Position numbers and translations under genes: made by a program. From an uncultured Ignavibacteriota bacterium (GTDB lineage Bacteria > Bacteroidota > Ignavibacteria > Palsa-1295), in NCBI GenBank assembly GCA_903900335.1, contig CAIUMP010000021.1:44075-108074 (forward strand): a DNA stretch of 64,000 bases, read 5' to 3'. Numbering within the stretch: position 1 is the first letter of the stretch; the number at the start of each line of letters is the position of its first letter. The notes beneath the pieces are model-generated. The model saw only the letters and a list, made by a program, of their open reading frames with translations. It ran no database searches and had not been told where the DNA came from. Below, piece by piece: positions 25,027 through 32,746 of the stretch.

Positions 25027-26529
25027 ATGAGAATTCTCGTCATAGTCCTTCTGGCGGCACTTGTTTCGGTCGAAAGCAGTGCGCAACCCTTAGAACTTGT
25101 CCCAAGCACGCTCGTCGTCCCACAGAAATATCAGAAGTATTTCGACTCCACGCGCACGTTGAACCTGCCGCGAGGATTCACAATGTCGGTGTACGCGACT
25201 GGGTCATTCAGCGTCCCTCGATTTCTCGAGTTCAATCCTCAAGGAGTGCTCTGCATTGCTGACGACAGCTATAAGACGGTCATGGCCATGCCAGACAAGG
25301 ATTCTGACGGTGTGGCCGACACCATCTACGAAATTGCAGCAGGAACAGAGGGCGCCCATGACATTGCATTTTATGGCGGTGGCATGCTTGCCGGCAGCCC
25401 GAATCATGTCTGGCAATACGATAACCCGTCAAGCACTGGTATTTACTCATCCAAGCATCTATTTATCGACTCCATCGGGGCTGCCCCGGAGGGGGTGCTT
25501 AATCACAACCTCCGAACGATGCTGATAGATGAGGCGAGCAAATCGCTCTACATCGGCGTTGGAGCGCCGTGCAATGCCTGTCGAGAGAAGGATACCACAC
25601 GGGCGACCATCCAGCGATATTCCCTGGAGGGACTGCCGCGAGAACTCTATGCTACGGGTATGCGGAATGCCACTGGTTTAGCAATGGATAGCTCGCATCA
25701 GCTGTGGGCGGCTGTTGCAGACCGCAACGATCAGGGCCAAGATTTGCCGTCCGATTATGTAACACGAGTAACGAGAAGTGGCTTTTACGGCTGGCCTTTG
25801 GCCTTTGGCAACCAACAGTGGGTTGATCTGAATGTTGACTCGGAGTACAAAGCCATGCTTCCCACGACGGCAGCAGATACCGCTCGCGTCGCCTCCACGC
25901 TTCCGCCGGACGTGCCCGTCGCCGCGCACTCCACGCCCTTGGGGCTTATCTACTGCAAGAATCCGAATCTTCCAGCATATATGGACAACACACTTCTCGT
26001 CTCGATTCACGGCTCCTATCCGGGACCGACGGGTCGTTTCATTGCAAATGGTTCGAAGATCATGCTGATCAGCAACATCGGCGGCAAGTGGACCGCACAG
26101 GATTTTCTGACAGGGCTTCTCACAGACTCTGTGAACTACGGACGCTGGGCCCGCCCCTGCGGACTCGTGATGGACCGCAAGGGGAATATCTACTTCTCAT
26201 CCGATCATACTGCCCCCCACGTAACCCCGGCGGTGTATCGTATTAGTTTCGATCCAAAGAATGCGGTTGAACCTGCGCTGCCCTCCCCGGGACTCTTGGA
26301 TATCACACAAGAAGCCGGTGGATGGAATCTAACTGTTCATTCAACGGAACACGCCTCAATCTTATTGTATGATATGCTTGGCCGCCGAGTCGAAGCGCAC
26401 GTGAGCGAGCGCAGCGTATCTGTGGATGGGCGCTCGTTCTATTTGGATGCGACTGAGATGCAGCATGGCGTGTATTGGGTGGTGGTCCAGTGCGGTGGGG
26501 AGAGGGTTGCGAGGAGGATAGTGCAATAG
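25027..26529 (+). CDS. Secreted glucose/sorbosone dehydrogenase-like beta-propeller (PQQ-dependent sugar dehydrogenase family) with T9SS-type C-terminal domain
   Basis: Signal peptide; LPRGF, VGAPCNAC, GMRNATG, FYGWP, AHSTPLG, HGS, RPCG; C-terminal LYDMLGRRV..GVYWV. Confidence 0.85.
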   Translation: MRILVIVLLAALVSVESSAQPLELVPSTLVVPQKYQKYFDSTRTLNLPRGFTMSVYATGSFSVPRFLEFNPQGVLCIADDSYKTVMAMPDKDSDGVADTIYEIAAGTEGAHDIAFYGGGMLAGSPNHVWQYDNPSSTGIYSSKHLFIDSIGAAPEGVLNHNLRTMLIDEASKSLYIGVGAPCNACREKDTTRATIQRYSLEGLPRELYATGMRNATGLAMDSSHQLWAAVADRNDQGQDLPSDYVTRVTRSGFYGWPLAFGNQQWVDLNVDSEYKAMLPTTAADTARVASTLPPDVPVAAHSTPLGLIYCKNPNLPAYMDNTLLVSIHGSYPGPTGRFIANGSKIMLISNIGGKWTAQDFLTGLLTDSVNYGRWARPCGLVMDRKGNIYFSSDHTAPHVTPAVYRISFDPKNAVEPALPSPGLLDITQEAGGWNLTVHSTEHASILLYDMLGRRVEAHVSERSVSVDGRSFYLDATEMQHGVYWVVVQCGGERVARRIVQ

Positions 26530-26613
26530 GGCCAAGTATCGGAATAAGAATTGAAGTAGCTTCAATTGTGGTTTACCATTAGAATTTTGCTCCGTCTACT
26601 ATTATTCGAACTA

Positions 26614-28095
26614 ATGCCAATCCGTCGTCTGCTTTTTCAATTCGTTCTGATAACGGCAAGCTTCGCCTCCTCGCAACTCCGCGCCCAGGGCCAACCTCTC
26701 GACAGCCTACTGGAGCGCATCGGCTCTGATCTCCACAATCCCGCGTTGGCAGAGCAACTTCATACAATGCTCCCGCAAGGGATAGATTTCCGCGTGTGGG
26801 GATATGCCGCCGGGGATTTTTCGAACGATACCATTCCCGATCTCGCGCTCTCGCTGTACAATCATGACGAGGGGGGAAACAAGGTTCGCGTTTATCTTTT
26901 TGAGAATGTGAAGGGAAGGAAATTAGTGGAGCGATTTGCGAAGACGATCGCCTATATCGAGACGCCGATAGAAGTCGGGCTTTCCATTGAGGGGTCGGTA
27001 GTGACGATCACACGGAAGACCAGCGCGGTGCATTGGTCGCAGGAGGGATACTCGATCGAATCAGGGGATGTGGCGCTGGTGGATCGTTTCGAGACCGAGC
27101 AGGAAGACCCAACGGGCAAATCCAAGTCGAAAGCGAATGCGGTGGGACATGATGTCTATCGTAATTACGAAACGCTGCGTACGCGCGAGGCGTGGTACAC
27201 CGGTGTCGGGGCTGATCCGGTGAATTCAATAGCGTACTTCACGCTGCCAGCGTATCAGAGATTGCGAGAAATATATCCTGGGTTCGGACATAGGGGAAGC
27301 GACACCTCCAAGGACTTTATACTCGGCGGCAATACGTTTCGCCGGGATTCAACGGATCTCTCCATTCGCAGTATTCAGGCCGCTTACACCGACGAGTATC
27401 TTTACATCGCACTTCGTGTGCGGGACGATTATGTGATGGGCGGTGCGCCGCGGCCTGAAGCCAACGACCGCGTCACGCTATGGTTCGACACCAAGTTCAC
27501 CGGCGACCGCAACAACCGTGACCGGCGCATTCTCTCGAATGAGGGAGGCACACCCACCTTCCGTGATGCATTGGATTCGCTAGTTCACAACCTCACGTTT
27601 GTGCTCCCGAAATCAAGTGGGCGAGTGACGCAGATCGGTCAAACATCGCCGGCATCGCTCACGCCGTTGGAGCAGGAAGGACTGAAGGGTGTTCAGGCTC
27701 AGATGAGCTATGATACGCTCAAGGGAGTCGTCAATGGCTATGGGCTGAGTGTTCGCATTCCGTTTACCTTTTTGGGTTTTGAAACGAACCCCGCAAGATT
27801 TTACGAGACCCGAGGCCCCGCAGGACGGAAAACCGAAGATCAGAACGGTCCAGGTCCGGCGGAGACTAGCGGCATCGGCGATGCGGCAACGCTTGGGTTT
27901 TCGGCCGTCATCTATGATGTGGATGACCCGTCGCACCCGGACGAGGTCACCGTCGAGGGGACGAGCCGATACGAGGAGGGGAATCCCTCTACCCTGGGCA
28001 CAATGGTCCTGGAGCCGAGCACGCTCTACTATGGTGAGGTTCATCCAACCTATTTAGAAGAATTGCGAGCAGGGCTGTCACTCTCGGGGTATTAA
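26614..28095 (+). CDS. Exported hypothetical protein with CBM9/DOMON-like sugar-binding region
   Basis: Signal peptide ending LRA-Q; GDFSNDTIPDL loop; YLYIALRVRDD..DRVTLWFD..YGLSVRIPF..LGFSAVIYDVD pattern. Confidence 0.6.
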   Translation: MPIRRLLFQFVLITASFASSQLRAQGQPLDSLLERIGSDLHNPALAEQLHTMLPQGIDFRVWGYAAGDFSNDTIPDLALSLYNHDEGGNKVRVYLFENVKGRKLVERFAKTIAYIETPIEVGLSIEGSVVTITRKTSAVHWSQEGYSIESGDVALVDRFETEQEDPTGKSKSKANAVGHDVYRNYETLRTREAWYTGVGADPVNSIAYFTLPAYQRLREIYPGFGHRGSDTSKDFILGGNTFRRDSTDLSIRSIQAAYTDEYLYIALRVRDDYVMGGAPRPEANDRVTLWFDTKFTGDRNNRDRRILSNEGGTPTFRDALDSLVHNLTFVLPKSSGRVTQIGQTSPASLTPLEQEGLKGVQAQMSYDTLKGVVNGYGLSVRIPFTFLGFETNPARFYETRGPAGRKTEDQNGPGPAETSGIGDAATLGFSAVIYDVDDPSHPDEVTVEGTSRYEEGNPSTLGTMVLEPSTLYYGEVHPTYLEELRAGLSLSGY

Positions 28096-28141
28096 TTCGT
28101 ATGGGGTTCGAGATGTATTGCATTTCGAATTACGTACCAGT

Positions 28142-28465
28142 ATGATCAGAGTTACTATAGTGTATCCGGCGGGTGAGTCGTCTCACTTTGACATGGAGTA
28201 TTACCTCAAATCGCACATGCCTGAGTCCATCGCTCGGCTTAGCGTGGCAGAGGGATTTCAGGGAGTATCTGTCGAGCGCGGTGTAATGGGAGACGCACCC
28301 GGAGCGCCGCCAACCTTTGTCGCAATGTGTATCTACACCTTTGATTCCATAGAATCTTTTCTCGCGGGGTTCATGCCGCATGCTCCATTTTTGCAAGGTG
28401 ATATGACTAACTACACGGACATCAAGCCGATCATTCAATTTAACGAAGTTGAGATTCTGAAATAG
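28142..28465 (+). CDS. EthD family reductase
   Basis: MIRVTIVYP..FDMEYYLKSHMP..GDMTNYTDIKPIIQ. Confidence 0.9.
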   Translation: MIRVTIVYPAGESSHFDMEYYLKSHMPESIARLSVAEGFQGVSVERGVMGDAPGAPPTFVAMCIYTFDSIESFLAGFMPHAPFLQGDMTNYTDIKPIIQFNEVEILK

Positions 28466-28467
28466 TT

Positions 28468-28998
28468 ATGAAAGATATTCTTACCTTAACTACCGACCGT
28501 TTCACCCAGATCCGCTCGCTCGGCGAGAAGACACTGGAGCAATTGAGTGAGGCCGATCTGCACTGGTCGCCAGACGAGGAATCGAACTCCATCGCAGTGA
28601 TCGTTCAGCATTTGGCAGGAAACATGATCTCGCGTTTCACGGATTTCCTGACAACCGATGGCGAAAAAGAAAATCGCAACCGGGATGGGGAGTTCGTCGA
28701 GCATGGTATGGGCTCTCAGGAATTACGCGAGCGATGGGACGCAGGATGGGAATGTCTGTTCGCTGCGATGCGCCCTCTCACCGAGGCAGATTTGAATCGC
28801 GAGGTGTTTATCCGGGGAGAGTCACACACTGTGATGGAGGCGTTGCTGCGGCAGCTAAGCCACTTCGCGTATCACGTCGGGCAAATTGTCTATATTGGAA
28901 AGATGCGGCAGGGAAGTGCCTGGAAGACGCTTTCGATAGCGCGGGGAGCTTCGCAGCAGTTCAATACAGCGTTGTCACAGTCACAAAATAAAAAATGA
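28468..28998 (+). CDS. DUF1572 family protein (DinB/YfiT superfamily)
   Basis: SNSIAVIVQHLAGNMISRFTDFLTTDGEK..RNRDGEF, IRGE.HTV, HFAYHVGQIV. Confidence 0.9.
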   Translation: MKDILTLTTDRFTQIRSLGEKTLEQLSEADLHWSPDEESNSIAVIVQHLAGNMISRFTDFLTTDGEKENRNRDGEFVEHGMGSQELRERWDAGWECLFAAMRPLTEADLNREVFIRGESHTVMEALLRQLSHFAYHVGQIVYIGKMRQGSAWKTLSIARGASQQFNTALSQSQNKK

Positions 28999-29030
28999 AG
29001 TACGAATTACGCATATAATTCATACTTCAT
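28995..29030 (-). terminator. Probable intrinsic terminator downstream of tRNA-Leu
   Basis: ATGAAGTACGAATTA-cgcata-TAATTCATACTTCAT. The single mismatch becomes G.U on the minus strand, and a U-rich tract follows. Confidence 0.6.
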
Positions 29031-29043
29031 CTTGTTGTATCTG

Positions 29044-29124
29044 TGCGGGAGGGGGGACTTGAACCCCCACACCTCTCGGCGCTACCACCTCAAAGTAGTG
29101 CGTCTGCCATTTCGCCACTCCCGC
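29044..29124 (-). tRNA. tRNA-Leu (anticodon GAG), CCA not encoded
   Basis: Minus strand reads GCGGGAG-TGGCGAAATGGCAGACGCA-CTACT-TTGAGGT-GGTAG, long variable arm, GGGGGTTCAAGTCCCCC, then CTCCCGC-A. Confidence 0.95.
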
Positions 29125-29293
29125 ATTGCTCCAGGTTCACTTCCCGGAAAACCGGGGCATGTACTCGAAGCGCCGTGAAAACTGAACGATGGGGGTGGCG
29201 GTTCCAATTTGAATGAAATGAGTTGGGAATTGGCAAAATTTACGCTGAGAACTGATACTCAGGGACCGGATAGGTGCAGGTTTTGCCTCAATG

Positions 29294-29860
29294 CTATTTG
29301 CTGATCCCCAGCACGGGATGGATTTCCCTGTAATTCAAGGCGTGGCCTTTCTGCCCATGAGGGAAATCCTGGAAGAGCACACCGGAGACTGTCGCCGGTA
29401 CACTTACTTTTTTGAACGTTGTGGTCGGCTTCCCCACGTTATCCAAGACCCACTGGTAGGCCACCATAAAGGCCGGAGCCCGGCTGGAAGCGGCGTTCTC
29501 GGCGCAGGAGACGTTTGGTACTTCTGCGATCATGGAGTCCTGACTCGCATCGGTGAGAATAAGATGAATGTCGCTGTCATCCTCGCGTACGAAGGCGACG
29601 ATCGTGCAGGGGATGCTGACGGTCTGCTTCTCGAATGCCAGGCGTGCGGTTGTGTCGCCGACGGTGATGCGCGGGAAGCTGTCCTGCGCGGCGATGCTGC
29701 TCATCGGCGAGGACCAGTCAATTGTGGCAACGTCTCCATCCGTCAGGTTCTTGATTGACCAGCGTTCGATGCCGCACGGCGCGGTTTCTGAGGGCGTGTC
29801 CGTGGATTTCGAACAGCCGAGGGCTAAGAGGAGCAATACGCAGGAAATGTATTTCTTCAT
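29294..29860 (-). CDS. Hypothetical lipoprotein
   Basis: MKK-hydrophobic-LALG-C lipobox; conserved-looking CGIERWSIK, EDDSDIHLIL, MIAEVP and EIHPV segments. Confidence 0.75.
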   Translation of the reverse strand: MKKYISCVLLLLALGCSKSTDTPSETAPCGIERWSIKNLTDGDVATIDWSSPMSSIAAQDSFPRITVGDTTARLAFEKQTVSIPCTIVAFVREDDSDIHLILTDASQDSMIAEVPNVSCAENAASSRAPAFMVAYQWVLDNVGKPTTTFKKVSVPATVSGVLFQDFPHGQKGHALNYREIHPVLGISK

Positions 29861-29887
29861 CCGATAGATTGGCTACACTCGACAGGA

Positions 29888-30337
29888 TCAGTTCAAGGCA
29901 GATTTGGTATTTGCATTCCTATACACCAATCTCACAAACAATACCAACCAATACCCAAACCATCCAAACCAGAATACCCCGATGACTACGTTCGACTTCG
30001 TTGCTCCGGCCGCGATCATTGTCGCTATAAAAAGTAGCACTTTCCACCAATGCAGGTACTGCGTGTGAATCGGCTGCACGCTCTGAGTTGTGGCTATTTC
30101 GGGCGCAGAAGTCAACTCGGGCGCGGAAGAGGCCATTGGGCGATTCGCCGTTGGCGAATCGAGGCGGGTGCGCATGGAGATACCGGTGCCGGGTAGGCCG
30201 GTGTTTAAGTATCTGCCGTTCTTGCCGAGCGTGACGCTCGCGCCGCGCACACCAATGGATGTGCTGATACCCGATCGGCTGATATTCAAGTGGACACCAG
30301 GCAAAATCTTAATTCGTCGTCGAAATCGGAGGGCCAT
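29888..30337 (-). CDS. DUF4236 domain-containing membrane protein
   Basis: MALRFRRRIKILPGVHLNISRSGISTSIG..GLPGTGIS plus two C-terminal TM segments. Start reassigned to ATG 30337. Confidence 0.88.
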   Translation of the reverse strand: MALRFRRRIKILPGVHLNISRSGISTSIGVRGASVTLGKNGRYLNTGLPGTGISMRTRLDSPTANRPMASSAPELTSAPEIATTQSVQPIHTQYLHWWKVLLFIATMIAAGATKSNVVIGVFWFGWFGYWLVLFVRLVYRNANTKSALN

Positions 30338-30422
30338 AATTGTACTGGGTTGAGACAGGGAGTTGGGAGAACGAGGAGGAGGCAGGTAGAATTCACAATA
30401 GAAACCGTCCATCGAAACAACA

Positions 30423-30511
30423 CCCCCGCCTTTCCAAGGCGGGGGCAGGGGGTGGTTGTTCCAATTGGGGTTTGACCACCCCCCAACCCCCGCCTTGGAA
30501 AGGCGGGGGAG
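30423..30511. repeat. Inverted doublet of the palindromic repeat CCCCCGCCTT-GGA-AAGGCGGGGG
   Basis: Copy at 30423-30456 (reverse orientation, with GGGGGTGGT tail) and copy at 30475-30511 (forward, with ACCACCCCC head). Confidence 0.88.
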
Positions 30512-30535
30512 CACGCTACGTGACACATTGTGTGG

Positions 30536-32542
30536 CTATCGCACAATCACTAGACGAGAATAGAATGTACTCTTTTCAGAGTGGAGAGTCAGTTCGTACG
30601 CACCTGGTGAAAGATTGTCAACGTCGCACTGCACGGACTCTCCGGAGACAACAGAATGAAGCGATATGCTGCGCCCCAATGGATCGCGTGCTGTTACTGA
30701 CCACACACCTGCGGATGGAAGAGCGATGGTTATGCGCTCGGATGCAGGATTTGGGAATGCTGGGATAAGAGGCTGTGTGATTGCCGTCCTAACTCCGAGT
30801 TGCAAGGGCACCCCGACACTTTTATAGACACCTGCGCCAGTAGTGGAAGCGTAGATCGCACCCGCCGCATCACGGGCGAGCGCATTGACGCCCAACGAAT
30901 CTAATCCATCACTGAGGTTGTACATCCCCTTGCTCGCGCGAGGCCAGTAATAAACTCCCGTCGAGGAGGAGGCATAGACATCATTGGAATCGGAGAGTAG
31001 AAAATCGGTGATGGCCGATTGATCGGGCATGACCGTCAACTCCCACGTCACGCCCTGATTGCGCGAGCGAACAAGGGCATTCGGGGAGCAATAGATCGCG
31101 ATCGTTCCGGATTTGTTGGCGATTATCCTTCCCGGATTCATTTTAGGTGGCATCGTAACTTGTTGCCATTGATTGCCGCCATCTGTAGTCTTGAATAAGT
31201 TTGTGGCAGTACACGCATACAGAGTCCCCGAGGAGTCAGCACAGAGTGATCCCACAGCGCCGACAATTGCATTGTCATTCGTTTCGGACCATGTCTTGCC
31301 TGTGTCGTCGGAGTAGAAGACTCCTTTTGTGGCGGCGTAGATTCGGGCAGGTGCGGTGACAGCAACACGGACGGTGCCATTCGGCAATGCGCCAAGAATA
31401 TTCTTCCACGCGGCGCCAGAGTCGGTGGAACGGAGGAGATCACTGCCGGATGTAGTGCCAAGGAGCGAATGATCGAATCTATCCACACCCAGGAATGACG
31501 CTGTCTTCCATTGCGATGGGATCCATTTGCCCACTGAATCCTGGACATATTGCGAGGTGCCGGATCCAACGAAGATCCGATCATTAGCGCGAAAAAGAGT
31601 TGGGAGTGATGACATGGGAACCGACAGCCCATTCCATGAGGAGGGCTTTCCGGTAGCGGCATAGTGCAGGTTGGTGCCATACGAAGTTGGTGCAATCCAC
31701 CTTCCGGATGAGTCGAGTTCAAAATGACCTAAACTGCCGGGCAAATTAAATGCCGTGCTTGATGAATCATGAAAATACTGGTTGTTGCTAAACAATATTT
31801 CATTGTTCGTATTTGCGAGGATTGCGAAGTGTATGTCTGCACCACAAGGACGTGTCCAGTGCAAACCATAATCAGTGGAAAAGTAAAGGAAGCTGCTACT
31901 GCCGTCATAACAGGTCGCCCAAACATGCCCCGCATGTCCTGCTAGAATGAAGTAGTAGTTCGCTGTAATGAGACCGTTCAGACATCTCTTCCAACTTGCG
32001 CCCTTGTCGGTACTGGTGTAGATACCCGAGTTGGTTGTCACGTAGTAGTGCAGCTGATCAGCGGTGAAGCCTGCTAATGATTCACTTTGCGGTCCTAAGA
32101 CTGTATCCCAGGAGTTACCTGCGTTTGTGCTGCGAAGGATATTTGAGGAGTTTTGTACACTGAATAAGACCCCCGCACGATCGGCGAAAATAGCGGTGCC
32201 AATTCTGAAAGGCAGGATTTGAGCTCCGCTGCCATCGGCATCGGTACGAACGAGTACTGACCCGTCCATGCGGAGTACAATCTTTGCACTTGGCAATGTG
32301 GTGATTCCCTGAACACTTCCCAGTGATTTCGGGATCGGAAATCGTTGCCAGGAAACACCGGCGTCTATAGATCGAAACAGCACTCGTCCGCGCCCTGCAA
32401 GAATGTCGCCATTCGTATTGACTTCAAGGATCGTAGGTACGTCGAGACCTGGCCCGTTGGTAGGCACCCAGTGAAGTTGACCAGACACAGAACTTACGAG
32501 AAGGAAAGATACCAAGCAGACCAACGGGAGAATTCGTCTCAT
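30536..32542 (-). CDS. Secreted BNR/Asp-box beta-propeller protein with T9SS-type C-terminal domain
   Basis: Signal peptide; repeated SxDxGxxW boxes (SIDAGVSW, STNAGNSW, STDKGASW, STDYGLHW, STDSGAAW, SDDTGKTW, TTDGGNQW); C-terminal AFPNPAS..DPLGR..PGAYEL. Confidence 0.88.
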   Translation of the reverse strand: MRRILPLVCLVSFLLVSSVSGQLHWVPTNGPGLDVPTILEVNTNGDILAGRGRVLFRSIDAGVSWQRFPIPKSLGSVQGITTLPSAKIVLRMDGSVLVRTDADGSGAQILPFRIGTAIFADRAGVLFSVQNSSNILRSTNAGNSWDTVLGPQSESLAGFTADQLHYYVTTNSGIYTSTDKGASWKRCLNGLITANYYFILAGHAGHVWATCYDGSSSFLYFSTDYGLHWTRPCGADIHFAILANTNNEILFSNNQYFHDSSSTAFNLPGSLGHFELDSSGRWIAPTSYGTNLHYAATGKPSSWNGLSVPMSSLPTLFRANDRIFVGSGTSQYVQDSVGKWIPSQWKTASFLGVDRFDHSLLGTTSGSDLLRSTDSGAAWKNILGALPNGTVRVAVTAPARIYAATKGVFYSDDTGKTWSETNDNAIVGAVGSLCADSSGTLYACTATNLFKTTDGGNQWQQVTMPPKMNPGRIIANKSGTIAIYCSPNALVRSRNQGVTWELTVMPDQSAITDFLLSDSNDVYASSSTGVYYWPRASKGMYNLSDGLDSLGVNALARDAAGAIYASTTGAGVYKSVGVPLQLGVRTAITQPLIPAFPNPASERITIALPSAGVWSVTARDPLGRSISLHSVVSGESVQCDVDNLSPGAYELTLHSEKSTFYSRLVIVR

Positions 32543-32626
32543 ATTTTTAGATGGGATCGTACGTGGACATGGTAATAACTCTTCAAATTGAAAATTGTTA
32601 CACCAAATTCAGCGGTTAGACCCAAG

Positions 32627-32653
32627 AACCCCCGCCTTGGAAAGGCGGGGGAG
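32627..32653 (+). repeat. Third copy of the palindromic repeat, identical to 30485-30511
   Basis: AACCCCCGCCTTGGAAAGGCGGGGGAG, 27/27 identity. Confidence 0.9.
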
Positions 32654-32746
32654 TAGGAAAGTGAAATCGCTGAAGCCTCAATTCACGCCCGCGCCTCTTT
32701 TTCTTCCGATATTTGCAGTTCCAAATTCAAACCGACGGATCAATTC

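Noticed and set aside
28100-29124. Integrative element at tRNA-Leu
   Set aside because: No integrase, and I found no duplicated tRNA 3' end in the window.
30338-30526. N-terminal extension of the DUF4236 ORF
   Set aside because: It is a translation of the palindromic repeat doublet. The DUF4236 domain begins at ATG 30337.
32596-32620. TGTTAC..GTTAGA resembling the candidate ECF promoter
   Set aside because: The spacer is 13 nt rather than 17, too short for a sigma-70-family promoter. Probably coincidental.
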